From Haliotis rufescens (Eukaryota): a stretch of 64,000 nt of DNA. Made by a program: the position numbers and the translations under genes. Shown here piece by piece: positions 25,752 to 39,337 of the stretch. The stretch spans positions 5,270,001-5,334,000 of the forward strand of contig NW_025963780.1 in the NCBI RefSeq assembly GCF_023055435.1. The letters run 5' to 3'. Position 1 is the stretch's first letter; each line of letters starts with the position of its first letter. The notes under the pieces are model-generated. The model saw nothing but the letters and a program-made list of their open reading frames with translations, was not told where the DNA came from and did no database searches.

Positions 25752-26826
25752 ATTAAAACTGTGTTCAATTTTACTCAACATTTATGAGGTATTTCATCTA
25801 ATATGTATATTTATTATTGATCGTTCTAGAGGTCTCTCGTAACTCCATTTGGAGTGGCGCAGTCTTTATCAAATCGTATTTGATTTGATTTGATTTGATT
25901 TGTGTTATATCTGACATGAGATTGGAATAAATTATCTGCCTGTCTACGTACCCCACCAATCTCGGTTCAAACGGTCTAGATTGACATTGGTTACGGTTAA
26001 AAAATAATGTTGTTTTGTTTTCGTTGAAAACAACTCGAGAGAAAACTCTTGCTAGTCCGCCTAACATGAACAACAGTGCAATTATTCCAACGTTTACACA
26101 CACAATCGATGAAGAAGAACTTTAGGTCCGGCATTGTTGTTAGCGTCGACCAGCTAATGTCTAATGTGAATAGCTATTCATTGGCCATGCATGGAGACAT
26201 GGCGAAGCAGACAGACATCATATTGATACTCAAACATATTTCAGGGCTTCCTCTCACCGGGACATTACTGAGTGACTCAAACGGTTAATTACAAATATCG
26301 CGGTGCGGAAAGGTTAAGTTTAACGAACAAGACACAATATAAATATCACGTGGGTAACGATCATTTATGTTTTTAGTAGGACGATGTTGTGAAACCTCGT
26401 TAATCCGGACCGTACCGTTCCATCGATAATGTTCGGATAATCAAATATCCGGATTAACGAATCTTTGCTTAGGAGTGTCCTTCGTATAAAGAGTATACTA
26501 CACTCGTCCTCGTAGATGCTATTTTTACGAAACGTGTGAACTTTCGCTCTGTCAGATACCATAGAAAGTTCACGAATTTCGTAAACATAGCATCTTACGT
26601 GGACGAGTGAAGTCATTTATGTATTACCTACACTTAGAAGAAATATAAGGGCGTCACACTAACCGGAAACTGGTTCGGTTGCGCATGAATAGTGAAATGC
26701 CCAAATTCAGACCTGCTTACATTCATACGCATACGCATTGGTAAATAGTTCCTGTCGGGTTGTGTATGAATACTGTGTGTGTATGCAGCTCATGTCACGG
26801 AATGACAGGTTTATTTGAAAGATTGA

Positions 26827-27000
26827 GTGAGTGAGTGAGTGAGTGAGTATGGTTTTACGCCGCTTTTAGCAATATTCCAGCAATATCACGGCGGGGGACA
26901 CCAGAAATGGGCTTCACACATTGTACCCATGTCGGGAATCGAACCCGGGTCTTCGGCGTGACGAGCGAACGCTTTAACCACTGGGCTACCCGACCGCCCC
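26827..27000 (-). mobile_element. SINE family A, full-length copy
   Basis: 13-bp TSD TTTGAAAGATTGA at 26814 and 27001. Confidence 0.9.
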
Positions 27001-28868
27001 TTTGAAAGATTGAAAACTAATTGGTATGCGTATAACGTCATGAATAGGATACACTAAAAAATACATGTAGAGTCCATCTTCGCCTCCCGTTGGAATGTCG
27101 GCCATGCCGTGAAGACGGTAAATCATACCGCCAGTACATTCAACGGGTACTCAGCATTGCTGCTGTGAATCGAGCTTACTTCCGGCCTATGGCGTTTCGG
27201 AGCAGAGAATTCACTGTGATCACCTTAGAAGTTAAAGGTTATAAATAGTGTCCTCTATGTAGGAGCAGAGAGAATGTCACAAAGTCGCACAGGGCTTACA
27301 TGGATATACTGAAAAGGTTCAGCGTTGAGTGAGGTGAGGTGAAATGGGGTTTAACGTCATTATTGCACTTATATAGCGACGTGCATGTACGTGTGTGTGT
27401 TTGTGTGGCTGCTTGTACTAGTCCGGCCTGATGCCGATTTATAGTGCTAGCTCACTGAGATACCATGCCGCAGTTTAACATGAATACCCCACTCAGACAC
27501 AGTATACTGACACCCAGCCGACCAGTCCTTGTTTTAGCCCTTTAATGCCGAGCGCCAGACAGGGTAACAACAAGTACCATCTTTTAACGTCTTTTGGTAT
27601 GACGCGGTCGGGGATCGAACCCCGGACCTTCCGCTCTCCGGGCGGACGCTCTTCCTCTAGACCACGGAGGCGGTTCAACATTTTAGAGAACGGGAAGGAA
27701 AGGTCGCTAGGGATAATGTTGAACGCCAGATATACTGCTGCATTTTTTTACACACTGGATGTTTTCGTGACCTGAAAGATGCACGGGAATCTAATGGAGT
27801 GATTGAATCATGAATTTCCTGGCCGAATGATTTGTAACACGTTTTTCAGTTATTCTCACTGAATGGCATATTCTCTTCAATTCACAGTGGAAACAAGTTT
27901 ATTTTTACTGTCATGTCCCCGTTTTAGACAAGGGTAGTTAAGGCCCAGTCCTAAAATGCGTCGCAATTGGATGTGCAGAGTTCTTTCCCTAAGCGTTCCG
28001 GAAATAGTTGATCGAGGGTTCAAATCCCGGTTCACCCTGATAAAGTTTCTAGGTTTGAAATAAGCTTTCTAGCCGCTAGAAGATGATATGAGTGAAATAC
28101 TGTTTCAAATGGGCGTTAATTGAATATCCCTCGCTTACATCGGGTATAACGAGATCTAGCATCATTCGTCACCACTCGCCCCTTTCCGTAACCTGCAAGA
28201 AGACGCTATTCGGCTTGCCCGGAATAACACGAGTTGGTCACGAATGACAACAGCATGTGTAGAAAATCTCGAGGTCTCCACAGCAACACTATAACGTAAT
28301 GAGTGAGTGAGTTTGTGGTTTCACCGATTTTAGCAATATTCCAGCAATATCGCGACAAGGGACACCAGAAATGAGCTTCACACATTGTTACCATGATGAA
28401 ATCGAACACGGTACTTCGGTGTGGGCTAGCACTATAAAACCGGCATGAGCCCCCACTATAAGTGCAATAATCTTGAACGCGACATTTAACCCACATGTTC
28501 AAATGTTTAACTAGAATTATTGTTCATCTCATATAAGATCCACGTCCCAACATCATCTGTCACACACAAGTCCGTGTCAATCAGTCGTTGCTATTCTGTC
28601 CATCTCGAAATATTGTTCCTCTGAAAATATTAATATATCCATCGACGTCCTAACGCCACACCACATGTTCATGTTAATAATATCTTTGACATATTATGTC
28701 TTCCTTGACGTGCTGGCTTTCTCCAATCTTCTTAAAATCAGATCTTAGTTCTCACTATCGCTAAACAAAGATCTGATTGGGCTTTCTCGATCTGAGAATT
28801 CCCCTTGATTTCGGTTACTTCGTTACAGCAGGCATTCGCTATAATATATGTCTTATTTAACCTTGTAG

Positions 28869-29147
28869 GGGGCACGGGTGGCCCAGTCGTCTAAAGCGCC
28901 GCGATTCGCTGTGCAGAGTTGCGTCCCTTGGGCACGCCAGAAACCTATGATTGTGGCTTGGAATCCCGGTTCGCCCCAATTATGTTTCTAGGTTTGTCAG
29001 CACCATACCCGTGCTCGTGGGTTTCACCAAAGTGGTTAACGTCTGAGACCTGCATCACTTCGGGCTTTCCTCCCACATTAAGCTGACACGCCGTGATATA
29101 ACTGGAATACTGTTAAAAGCGGCGTTAAACCCAACTCACTCACTAAC
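28869..29147 (+). mobile_element. SINE family B (tRNA-Leu-like head, about 280 bp)
   Basis: GGTGGCCCAGTCGTCTAA..GCGCCGCG head; 15-bp TSD TATTTAACCTTGTAG. Other copies at about 9817-10091, 13258-13530, 24066-24320, 47804-48050, 48804-49063, 61777-62032; partial copies at 18643-18766 and 60885-61020. Confidence 0.9.
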
Positions 29148-29203
29148 TATTTAACCTTGTAGCATGTGTGAGTATTATACTAACATACATTGAGAAGACC
29201 CAC

Positions 29204-29522
29204 CTGCGACCATGTACGCTTTTGCTCCAAGCACATGCTCCATTGTCAGGCTCCCTAACTCCTTCTCGTGAAGGTAGCACAGCCGCTCTATCCTCTTGTA
29301 GACGAATGATAGGCAGTTGTCTCCCCTTCCGGCACATTCTTTCCCACAAAGTGTCAAGGACACCCCACCAAGAACGGCAATGATATAATCAGCCCCAGTC
29401 TTACCATTGTACTGCTCTACCAAGCTAAACCTCCGTTCATGAATTATCATAGAAACAGTCCTAAACATCCCAGCTAGGGACACTAGGAAGAACACTATGT
29501 CCATGGTTATGTTCCCAAACAT
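29204..29522 (-). CDS. Gene 1 exon 1: signal peptide + PAN/apple-like domain (start may be the second ATG at 29504)
   Basis: Hydrophobic N-terminus (MDIVFFLVSLAGMF); C-x3-C-x6-C-x-SF-x-Y-x6-C-x-L pattern; clear paralogy to exons at 49536-49830 and 57773-58079; donor CAG|GTGGGT at 29204/29203, phase 1, same position as in the paralogs. Confidence 0.85.
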
Positions 29523-32500
29523 GTGTTCTGACCGACTTCATGTAGTTTAAGTTAGCTTTAACAACGGTTGACGTTGAACATGCCCGGATGTTTACTCCTT
29601 CACCTGCCTCCACGCCCCTACTGATAAGCAAAGTAAGTGATTCAACATTAAATATATGAATTCATATGGACCCTTACTGAAATATTCTAAAGGCTTGTTT
29701 AACAAAAGAGATCGATATGCTTTGTTTAAATCGATTGATGCAAATATAAGGATTGGAAAACGAACGGAGATTTTGTTGACGCCTCCACATATTGAAAACG
29801 TTCATCAGAGTTCTAGGTACTTGTCTTCAAGATCTTACAGATAATCAGTTAAAAGAGACTAAGTACTATAACCCTGGTTAAAAACACCTTTTATCAGTTT
29901 GTGAGTACATGTATGTTTCTTGGACTACTTTGTTGCCTCATAACGCATCACTTCAATGTTTAGACAGGAGATGAATTTGTTTGCAGCGCTGTTACTCTAT
30001 TTGATCATTATACTAAAGGGTTTCAACACAACCGCACTGCATGAACACAATGTGCACTTTAACTGAACTAAACGTGTACAGTTATAAATAATTTTGCTGA
30101 GGTCCTCTCAAAACCGACAGCAGACTTTATTAGTATTAAATCAGTTACTTTGTGAATTAGCAACATGTTTATTTGTTGTGCAACCTGATTCAAGGAGGTC
30201 TTTACAGGCATTGTGTTATTTGGCAGTGGAGACTGTTGTAAGTTTATTTTTGGTGATTGTCAGGGGCAGCAATCGATTGAAGGGCTAGTAAAATGTGAAA
30301 TATTGTTGATGCCAGCGAGTTATGTGCCCCTGGTTGTTTTCAAGGCAGCCTTGATCATTCGAAAAGTTTCAGGATGGGACAGTTCCTGAAAGACTGGCTG
30401 TACCTAAACTGCCTAGCAAAAGCACGTATACACGCATGTGTAATGGTGGCTAAGAATGGCACAAACCAAAAATGATTATTCGATGGGGATCTACTTGATA
30501 GAGTATAACCGTTGTGTTTTGGACATTAAGGTAATAGTGTTTCGGCGATTGTTTTCAGTCTAGTAACGCTTGATAACGTTTGTATTTGTTTGGTCAGATA
30601 CAATTATTTAAATGTATAATTTCTTTTGTCCGGCAATTTATCGAAGCGCGATACGTGCACATTTAGGGGCCTGTTTCAAAACGTTCGACAGTGTCAAAAA
30701 CTGAACGATATCATGAGTGCAGTTAATGAAGTAGGGCCTATTACTTACTGTAGCTGCCCCTTATTTTACCTGTCGTATTGGCTGTTTTGACCATAAGCCT
30801 ACATTTGTGTTGGAATATTTTTAGTTGAGTATTCATAGATATTGTGTGGTCATTTACTGATTTAACAAGTAAGTGCTTTAAGTACCGGTTTCTGGGTTAA
30901 CCTTTTCGTTTCAAAATAGAAATCACTTAATAAAATTGTACTACACACGACGGCAAAGTTGCGTTCCTTATGCGTACCAGGATCCTATGATGAGAAGTTC
31001 GAATCCCAGATTTACCCTGATTATGATTCTTCGTTTTTCAGCACCATACCCGAGTTTCTGGTTTTCAGGAATGTGTTAAATGTCTCAGACATACAGTTTA
31101 CATCAATTTGGGCATTTATCTATAATTTACACACATTTATTGCACAAATACAATTAGTGTCTTCCAACGGCAAAGTTATCACATAAAGTCCCAAAAAACT
31201 TCCTATAAGCCTAATATGCCTATTAATTAGATTATTACCATTGAAATGGCTTAGTTATAGAATCATATGTACATTCGAGCAGCCAAACCGCAGCTAGAAC
31301 AATCAACGCAGAGGAACCCATCCTTTCCCAGGCAAATCATTGACGTAGATGAAGAACGATGTGGGAGAAAGATGACGTCCTTGTTTGACACCATTCAAAA
31401 TCTTGAAGCAGTCAGTACTAACTAAAAGCTACTCACTATCTGTATAGGGAGACTGCATAGCAGTCAATATTGGTCCTTTTACACCTGTTCTGACAATCTC
31501 CAGACACAATAAATTCTTGTTTACAGATTGAATCAAATACCTTTTTTTTATATCTATAAAACACAAAAAGTAGACTTTTTGTACATTTTTCTGTTATGTT
31601 TTACTCTTTTCAGTGATTGGATATGATCTTTACATGATATATTTTCTCTAAAACCATCTACAAACAGGTTGTAGTTATACAGACAAGTAGTAAGTCTGTT
31701 GACCAGAACCTTTGCATAGATCTAGTATGTTGTACACAACAGGGTAATTCCTCTGTGTGAGAGTAGGTCCATTTTGGTCTTCTGTTGAAGCTCAGGGGAT
31801 GGATTTTATCTCACCACATCTCAGGGACTATTCCACTTTTAAAAGCGACGTTGTACATGGATCGAAGGATATCAGCACATCTTTAATTCCGTAAAACTTT
31901 CATCAGTATTTCATCAACCCCTGCTGTTTTCTCACTTTGTAAGAATATATGGCATTTAAGTTACTTTTTGTCTTGTGATTTGAATGTGAGCATTTATCTG
32001 TATCCTCAGCTACAGGGACAGTCTAACCATTAGCATGAATGGCTGATGTAGCATTAGAGTTATATAGAAAATAAAACTGCTCCTTCCCACATTTAATTCG
32101 GTTCCCAGGTCAGATGAGACTTCGCCTTTCTCTGTTCGGACCAAAGGTATCATATGCTGTCTATCATTTGACATACTACGTTTCCCAATTATCATTCCCA
32201 AATAATGGTGAGTTAGTTATGTTTCCCTCAATCTGTACTTGCTTTTCTGTTTGAAGGTTTCTTTCATGTTTGCGGAGGCACTTATCAACGGTTTTCCTTG
32301 TTCACAGTACTCATATTTGAAGATTCTATTAACCATATGTCTTCCTGGCTAATCTAAGTTGACTTTTTCTTTCTTACATGATTAATTCCATAAATTCAGC
32401 AACTCATCTCACGAGTAGGGTTTAGCCCTGGCTTTGTGCCCGTTTGTATTTAGCACTGTGTCGTCTATTGTCTTTTAGTCAGTTTACAATCCATCTCTGT

Positions 32501-32559
32501 GTGTAATGTCTCTTATAGAGATTATTCTGTTGTTCTTTCCTGGCTATCCCTTCTCTGTT

Positions 32560-33130
32560 TATTTCAAGCATGTTACTAAACTGGCTGTACACGCTTCCAT
32601 CAAATCAGGTGGCATATTGTTCATATCAGGCAACTGTCCTTCTCTATTTTCTGTACATGATGAAGACAGTTGAACAATCTATTAAAGGTTCCTCTTTGCT
32701 GTTTACAACTTTGTCAATGACTTCTCTCAACTGGACATCATCAACACAATCGATTATGTCCTTAAGTTGAGCACACCTAGCAGTGAAGTCACCGCATGCA
32801 TACAAAAGTCCTTCATTGTGGTATTGAACAGGAAATGTTCACTGTCAATAACACGAGACGATGGTGCTTGGGGTAGGTAGCAGCTGCAAAGACAGAGGTC
32901 AGGTTCTCCTTTCTTGTTGACTATAATCCAGAGAATGTCTTCCTCATTGGTATCAAGGGACTTTACCTTCAAGATGGTTTCTTACCAAGAACACCACTCC
33001 TTCAGAGCCCCGCTCAGCATGCCTATTAAAATGAATCCTGTTATTACCAAACCATTAATATTTCACAATTAGTAGAAACGTCTCACTGATACCCAAGATA
33101 TCATCTTTGAGATTATAATGTCTTTAGTAT
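32560..33130 (-). mobile_element. Non-LTR retrotransposon AP-endonuclease fragment (decayed LINE ORF2)
   Basis: WFGNNR...RGSEGVVFLVR and EDILWI...LCLCSCYLP..PSSR motifs typical of LINE endonuclease domains; frameshifts. Confidence 0.65.
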
Positions 33131-33415
33131 TTGCAGATAGCCTTATTTTACCCCTCTAGTGTTCTACACACCAAGCCCTATCCTGAGCTTTTGGAGTAGC
33201 GTTAGGAACGACAAGTGAGTGAGTGAGTTTTTAAGCCGCATTTAGCAATATTCCAGCAATATCACGGCAGGGGACACCGGAAAATGGGCTTCATACATTG
33301 TACCCATGTGGGTAATCGAAACTGGGTCTTCGGTGTGACGAGCAAACGCTTTAACCACAAGGGTACTCATCGCCCATTCATCAGTTTAAGTGTATTAACT
33401 CTCCCTGAACTCATA

Positions 33416-34045
33416 CGAGGCTGGTAAAAAATCAGCATAGTAGGCACCGGTAAACGTCTTTTTACTTTCTATGTAATCAACGAGGATCACACCCTTTGCA
33501 TCCCACAATACAGTGGCCATAACTTTCTTTACTGATCTTGACTTGAATCACTTTGGTGCAGGAGTTGAATGGTGCCATCCCATGGATTGACGTTTTGACT
33601 CGGGATCATAATGGTTGACCCCTGTTTCATCTCCTGTTACTAATCTCTTTTTGAATTTGACGAAATCCTCCTCAATTAGCTCTAAATTCTTCTCTGGCAA
33701 TGTCAGTTCTTTTGTTCTTAAGATCAGAATTTAGAAACTTTGGCACCCAACAATCAGATATCTTATTCATCTGTAAATGTTCATGAATAATATTTTCAAT
33801 GGATCCATTGCTTAGACATGCGTCTTCCTCAAGTTCAGAAATGGTAATCCGTCTATCTGACAGTATACGTTTTTTCTGTCTCCTTGATTGAATCTTCATT
33901 GATGGAAGTTGAGGAACGTCAAGACCTAGGGTCAACATCAAGTCTTATTCTCCCAACAAGACTCAATGTACTACATTGACTAGTCACTTTGTTATGGCCC
34001 ATAGTTCAAAGTTAGTCAGGCTTAGAACCTTTTGACCAGCCCTCG
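33416..34045 (-). mobile_element. Internally deleted mariner (Tc1/mariner) transposon
   Basis: Transposase remnants DRRITISEL...WVPKFL and LVTGDET...YDPESKRQSMGW...KVMATVLWDAKGVILVDY; TIRs TA-CGAGG(G)CTGGT.AAAA at both ends with TA duplication. Confidence 0.85.
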
Positions 34046-35944
34046 TATTTTGGATAAATGTTCTGGGGATAGCTTCCGCTTTCAGTTCTTCCTGCCATTT
34101 CATGTAGTTGGAGAGCTTATTTGTGAAATCTTCCCTAACTTTGTTTCTTCCTACTTCTACACTGTGTTTAATCAAGGTAGAGAGGTTTGTGTGGAGATTT
34201 GTTTCTGGACTACACAGACTAATGTCCATATCCTTTACTGCTTTCTGTAGATCAGAAGCTGACGAGCCAACTGCTTGTAAAATAGCAGAGGAAATACCAT
34301 CATCATCTTGGCTGTCTTGCTTCTTCCTACTTCTACACAGTAAAAGGTGACTTTGCTTGTCGTAAATGGCGACTAACGGGATCGGGTGGTCAGGCTCGCT
34401 GACTTGGTGGATGCATGTCATCGAACCAATTGCGTGGATCGATGCTCATGATATTAATCACTGGATTGTCTGGTCCAGACTCGATTATTTACAGACCGCC
34501 GTCATATAGCTGGAATATTGCTGAGTGCGGCGTTAAACAACAAACCAAACAACCAACTACTTCTACACTGTGTTTAATCAAGGTCGAGCGGTTTGTGTGG
34601 AGATTTGTTTCTGGAAGCTGAAGCGCCAACTGCTTGTAAAATAGCAGCGGAATTACCATCATCATCTTGGCTGTCGTTCCACCCTTTTCAGCCATGACAG
34701 TAGACGAGCTGTCACTGTTTACGTCTTTTTATTTCTTCTTTTCACCACTTGCATGGCTTTCACCGCTCAAATTTCGCTTTCGAGATGAGCCTGGTTTGAC
34801 TGTAGACACGCACATGTACGTCTTGTGGTATCTAAACACTCAGTATATTTTCAAAAGTTTGTGATTTTGTGAGCTCGATGTGACAGTCCTCGGCTCAACA
34901 ATTCTTTTGGTAGTTGACTTAATTCCCCAATCCACCCAAAGTCCCCAATTGGAGTTCTATTGTACACTGCGAATTCAGGGTAAGGCTTCCTCCCCGGCAA
35001 CCTATGCTGGTCGCAAGATGTTTGTTTATTTGTTTCTTTGTTATTTACCACAATCAGAAATATGTCAGCTATATGACAGCGGTCTGTAAATAATCGAGTC
35101 TGGACCAGGTAATCCAGTGATTGACATCATGAGCATCGCTACACAGGACTTGGTGAATTGGTTGATAGCGTGACATCGTACCCTGACGGCGCGTATCGTT
35201 GCTCTTTGCACATTGTATGGCCCAGGTTCGATCATTTACAAGCCGACGTCATTTTGTTAAATATTAATGAGTAGGGGGGTAAAAAAAGAAGTTTGTGATC
35301 ATTATGTTATTGCAATGTCGTGTATTACATACGTAGGTGCTGTTTATATGCCATTTCTGGGACTGAACTTGTGTTCTATAACTGCCTGAATAATCGGCCT
35401 TTACATCCACACATGACGCAGATCCTTTTGCCAACCTCGCTCCTTTCCGTCAATTTCCGTAATCGCAAAGAAGGCTCGGCTCTGAGTGTAGGACCTGGGG
35501 CAACTTCTGTCCCAACAGTAAACAGACATCTAAACGCGATCTCGGATGTTCGTTTTGCACGTAAACGTGTCATCTGTGTTTACTTTTCGTTAGTCCTATA
35601 TATACCTTATACCTTATATATATACCTAATTTAGAAGAATTAATACTAATATTCCCAGTAAACTCGTATACAACAACGTTTCGAAAATATAGTTCCTACA
35701 ACATGATGTAAACAATATAAATTGCTCAGGGTCCAGACCGGGCCTAACGGGGTATTCTGGTTAGCGTAAATACCTAAAATGAAACAATAAAAATTACGAT
35801 GAGACACATAACTTATGCAAACAGCAGCTTTTGCCACATAAGATGCAATTTCTTACCTCAGACAAGTCATTCAATTCTGTCGTCTGCACGCTAGGGTGTT
35901 TACATCACGTGACGGTCATGTGGTCAAATTAGGCCTGTCTTACA

Positions 35945-36210
35945 GACCCGTGAAGATCCGAGGTAGAATAGGTCTTCAGGAACCCATGCTTGCCGTAAAA
36001 GGCAATTATGCTTGCCGTAAAAGGCGACTATGCTTACCGTAAAATGCGACAAACGGGATCGAGTGGTCAGGCTCGCTGACTTGGTTGATGCATGTCATCG
36101 ATCCCAATTGCGTGAATCGATGCTCATGATGTAAATCACTGAATTGTCTGGTCCAGACTCGATTATTTACAGACCGCCGTCATATAGCTGGAATATTACT
36201 GAGTGCGGCG
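35945..36210 (+). mobile_element. SINE-like family C copy with triplicated 22-nt hairpin module
   Basis: ATGCTTGCCGTAAAAGGC(G/A)A unit present three times at about 35986-36051. Confidence 0.85.
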
Positions 36211-36749
36211 TCTTACAATGGCCACGAGTCACCTCATGATCAGAGGCATATTTTCACCGAAAACAGCCAAACGTGTTCAGATAAGACTCAGATATTACAG
36301 AGTAGTCCTACTCGTATTAGAACGTATACACGTTAACATTATCACACCGATAACGATAACATCATCTGTGGAACGGAGTCATAGTTTCCGTTACATTCGG
36401 CTCGTCTCGGTCGAATTAGGACCTCGGCCGACACTGGCTGGAATCCATATTGGAACTAGTTTCGTGGACGTGACTGTCACATGACACGTCACAACCTTCG
36501 TGACTGTTCCCACTTTATCCGGTGGCTGTGGTCTTGGAATCAAAGTGAATACATGTCGTCTGTCAAGCGCGGAATAACATGTAGTCAAAAACGGCCGTCA
36601 CAGTATACGAAATATTTTCGGCTGTATTTGGTGTCACTCGGTTTGAAATGAACTCGTTGCACTGGATAAATGATAACACTCATATCAGATTAAGATTAAT
36701 ATATTTACTCACTGTGGTACATTGTACAATAATTACATACATTTACATT

Positions 36750-37425
36750 ACATACAACTATGATAATCTGGGTTACAACACTTGGGCATCAAATATTCGG
36801 GTACTTTTGTTCTCAAATGGCTTTGGCTATGCTTGGATTTATCAGGGAGTTGGTAACACCTGTATGTTTGTAAATATGTTCAAAGAAAGAATTGTAAATA
36901 CCTTTTATCAAACATGGATGTCTAATTCAAATGCAAGTAGCAGATATGAAGTGTATAGATCATTCAAATCCTTACTGGAGCCTGAAAAATATTTAAAAAA
37001 TAAAAAAATAATTTAAATCTTCGTTCAACATTAACGCGTTTTCGTATGGGACTGAGTGATATTAGAGTAAATACCGGAAGAAGACAAAATACGTTAAAAT
37101 CTATGCGTTTGTGTCCATTATGTGATATGGGTGTTGAGGACGAATTTCATGTACTTTTTATCTGTGAGTCTTACCAAGATATCCGAAAACGTTTTATACC
37201 CGCTAAATACCTTAAACAGCAATGTAACACATCCCTTATATCACCTATGTCTAATCAATCTTCTGGTGTAATCTACAGCCGAGCTCAATTTCTCCATCAA
37301 GCACTCAATATTCGCCAAGAACTTGTAAATACAAATGTCTCCCAGAATGCACATATGTTGAAAGTATGTATACATTGTAAGTGTTGTATATAGGCCGGAG
37401 GCCTTTCATACAATAAACTTCTTGT
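36750..37425 (+). mobile_element. 5'-truncated LINE 3' end (C-terminal Cys/His motif; RTEX/CR1-like, clade uncertain)
   Basis: GFGYAWIYQGVGN...YRSFKSLLEPEKYL...LTRFRMG...TGR...RLCPLCDMGVEDEFHVLFICESYQDIR; followed by AATAAA and a (CTTGT)n tail. Confidence 0.8.
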
Positions 37426-37619
37426 CTTGTCTTGTCATAAATATAGATGGAACAATTTAAAACGTTGTATGTACACATCACAAAAGTCGCTTTGTTAAAA
37501 AATGCCCTGGATACTTTATCGTGAAGCCACCTCGAGGCACCAGTTCTTTCCAAGTGGGTCAATCAGTTATTGACCAAGATTATAACACAAGACTGAAGTT
37601 GAAAGACGTAAGTGTGTTA

Positions 37620-38075
37620 TAAGCTATTATAGCTAAAATGGATAGAATCATCATAAACCGCCCGCATGTTATCAGAAATCGGCGGGCCACTGTAACTTGA
37701 TAATTCCCTCATATTGCTTAACGACGGGCCATTATCACTCCCGTTGTTAGGTGACGTCACAGGGTATGGAAAGTGACGTCACGTTTAATAGTGACGTCAT
37801 CTGGTTTGTTCTATGACGTTTCCATATTTGTAAAAGTGGGTTGGTGACATTCGTGTTGATTGCAGTAAATGTTTCAAAACCGATATTGTTGTTGCTTTTT
37901 ATTTGATAACAAATGCAATCCATTTTAGCTATAATAACGGTAACGCTCTTTTTCAGGGCATTATCATTTGCAGAAGCCCTCGGTCTTTTAAACTGCCCTC
38001 CTTCGTCGGGCAGTTAATGGAAGACCTCGGGCTTCTGCAAATGATAATGCCCTGAAAAATAGCGTTACCCTTATA
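37620..38075. mobile_element. Non-autonomous fold-back element with subterminal inverted repeat and 131-nt terminal hairpin; family not assigned
   Basis: TATTATAGCTAAAATGGAT (about 37625) / ATCCATTTTAGCTATAATA (about 37918); long imperfect palindrome 37939-38069. Confidence 0.55.
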
Positions 38076-38960
38076 CCAAACATGCAGATTGATTCAGCAT
38101 TATTGCATCTTGATCGTGGTTGTGACGGAGAATTTGCTACATTTTCAGCACATTGAACATAATTATACAGAATATACAGTTACTGAAAGATCACAGGGGC
38201 GACACCGACACCGAGTTTTTTTACCAAGAAGTTGCATATCCTGTAGTGCATTTATAATGCGCCAGATTCCATTCACCAAGTGGATGCTCATAGCGCTACA
38301 CTATTATTACCCCGGTCAATGGATCAGTGAGCACTCGATTTTCATTCTCAGCTCCCTGGGGAGTATATAACCCAAGACGCCCGTGAGGCGCTAGAAGGGT
38401 AACAACCTCATCACCATCTCATCCTACCGGGTACCCACTCACTGCTGGGTGAACAGAGGCACATTTCGAACAAAGTCACTTGCCTAAGGAGACACCACGT
38501 GTGGTACATCTGCTTCAGTGTGGGGCAGGACCGAAGCCCTAGAAACTCTCAGGAGTAAAGCTGCTGAACGTGGTCATCCATCCAACTACTCTCCGTTAAC
38601 GCGATTACTAGCTGGGGATTACGTACATCACTATGACTACTGTACACTGTGCACCACTATAGTACAAAAACTACTTGATAAACAAGGAACTTCATGTGAA
38701 GAAGGAGCTAACACTAACGTTAATAACAATAAACAATAATAATAACAATTAACATTTTGAATAACTGATCAGGGTTAAATAACTGATGAGAATTTACATG
38801 TCCACATGTCCCACCTTGAATGAAGGTTTGGTTTTAGCATCAGAATGTCTCTATAATTAGACAAGGCGTTTATCAGAGGCAGTTTAGTCGAGCATTTTTA
38901 GGATTTAGTTATAAAAGGTAGTCTTTTCATAGATTTGTTTCTTCCGGAGTTTGATGGATC

Positions 38961-39170
38961 TGGAGCTTTTTCAAGACAGATAATTAAGCCATCTATCAAT
39001 AAAGATCACACCGGGATGTGCGCGTGTGTGCGCGTGTGTGCGCGTGTGTGCGCGTGTGCGTGTGTGTGCGCTTGTGTGCGCGTGGAGCTTTTCAAGACAG
39101 ATACTTAAGCCATCTATCAATAAAGATCACACCGGGATGTGCGCGGGTGTGCGCGTGTGTGCGCGTGTGC
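38961..39170. repeat. About 122-bp tandem duplication containing a (GTGCGC)-type microsatellite
   Basis: TGGAGCTTTT..CAAGACAGATA..GATCACACCGGGATGTGCGCG at 38961 and 39083. Confidence 0.9.
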
Positions 39171-39337
39171 TTGTATATATCTCGGAAGGTTCTCAGATCC
39201 GATGTTAGTCCTAGGAATGCGTTAATAGTTTTTCAGAGAGTTGTTTTTAAAAGTTTCAAAAGGTTTAAGGGTACAACGATGATCAGGGTTTTTTATAAGG
39301 CAGGTTTTTATTGAAGGATTGTAACCTTGATCTGTCA

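Noticed and set aside
33984-34695. ORFs of 145 and 68 aa
   Set aside because: Chimeras of a family C SINE, a local direct duplication (about 34151-34317 / 34557-34676) and the mariner end; possibly LINE ORF1 remnants, not a host gene.
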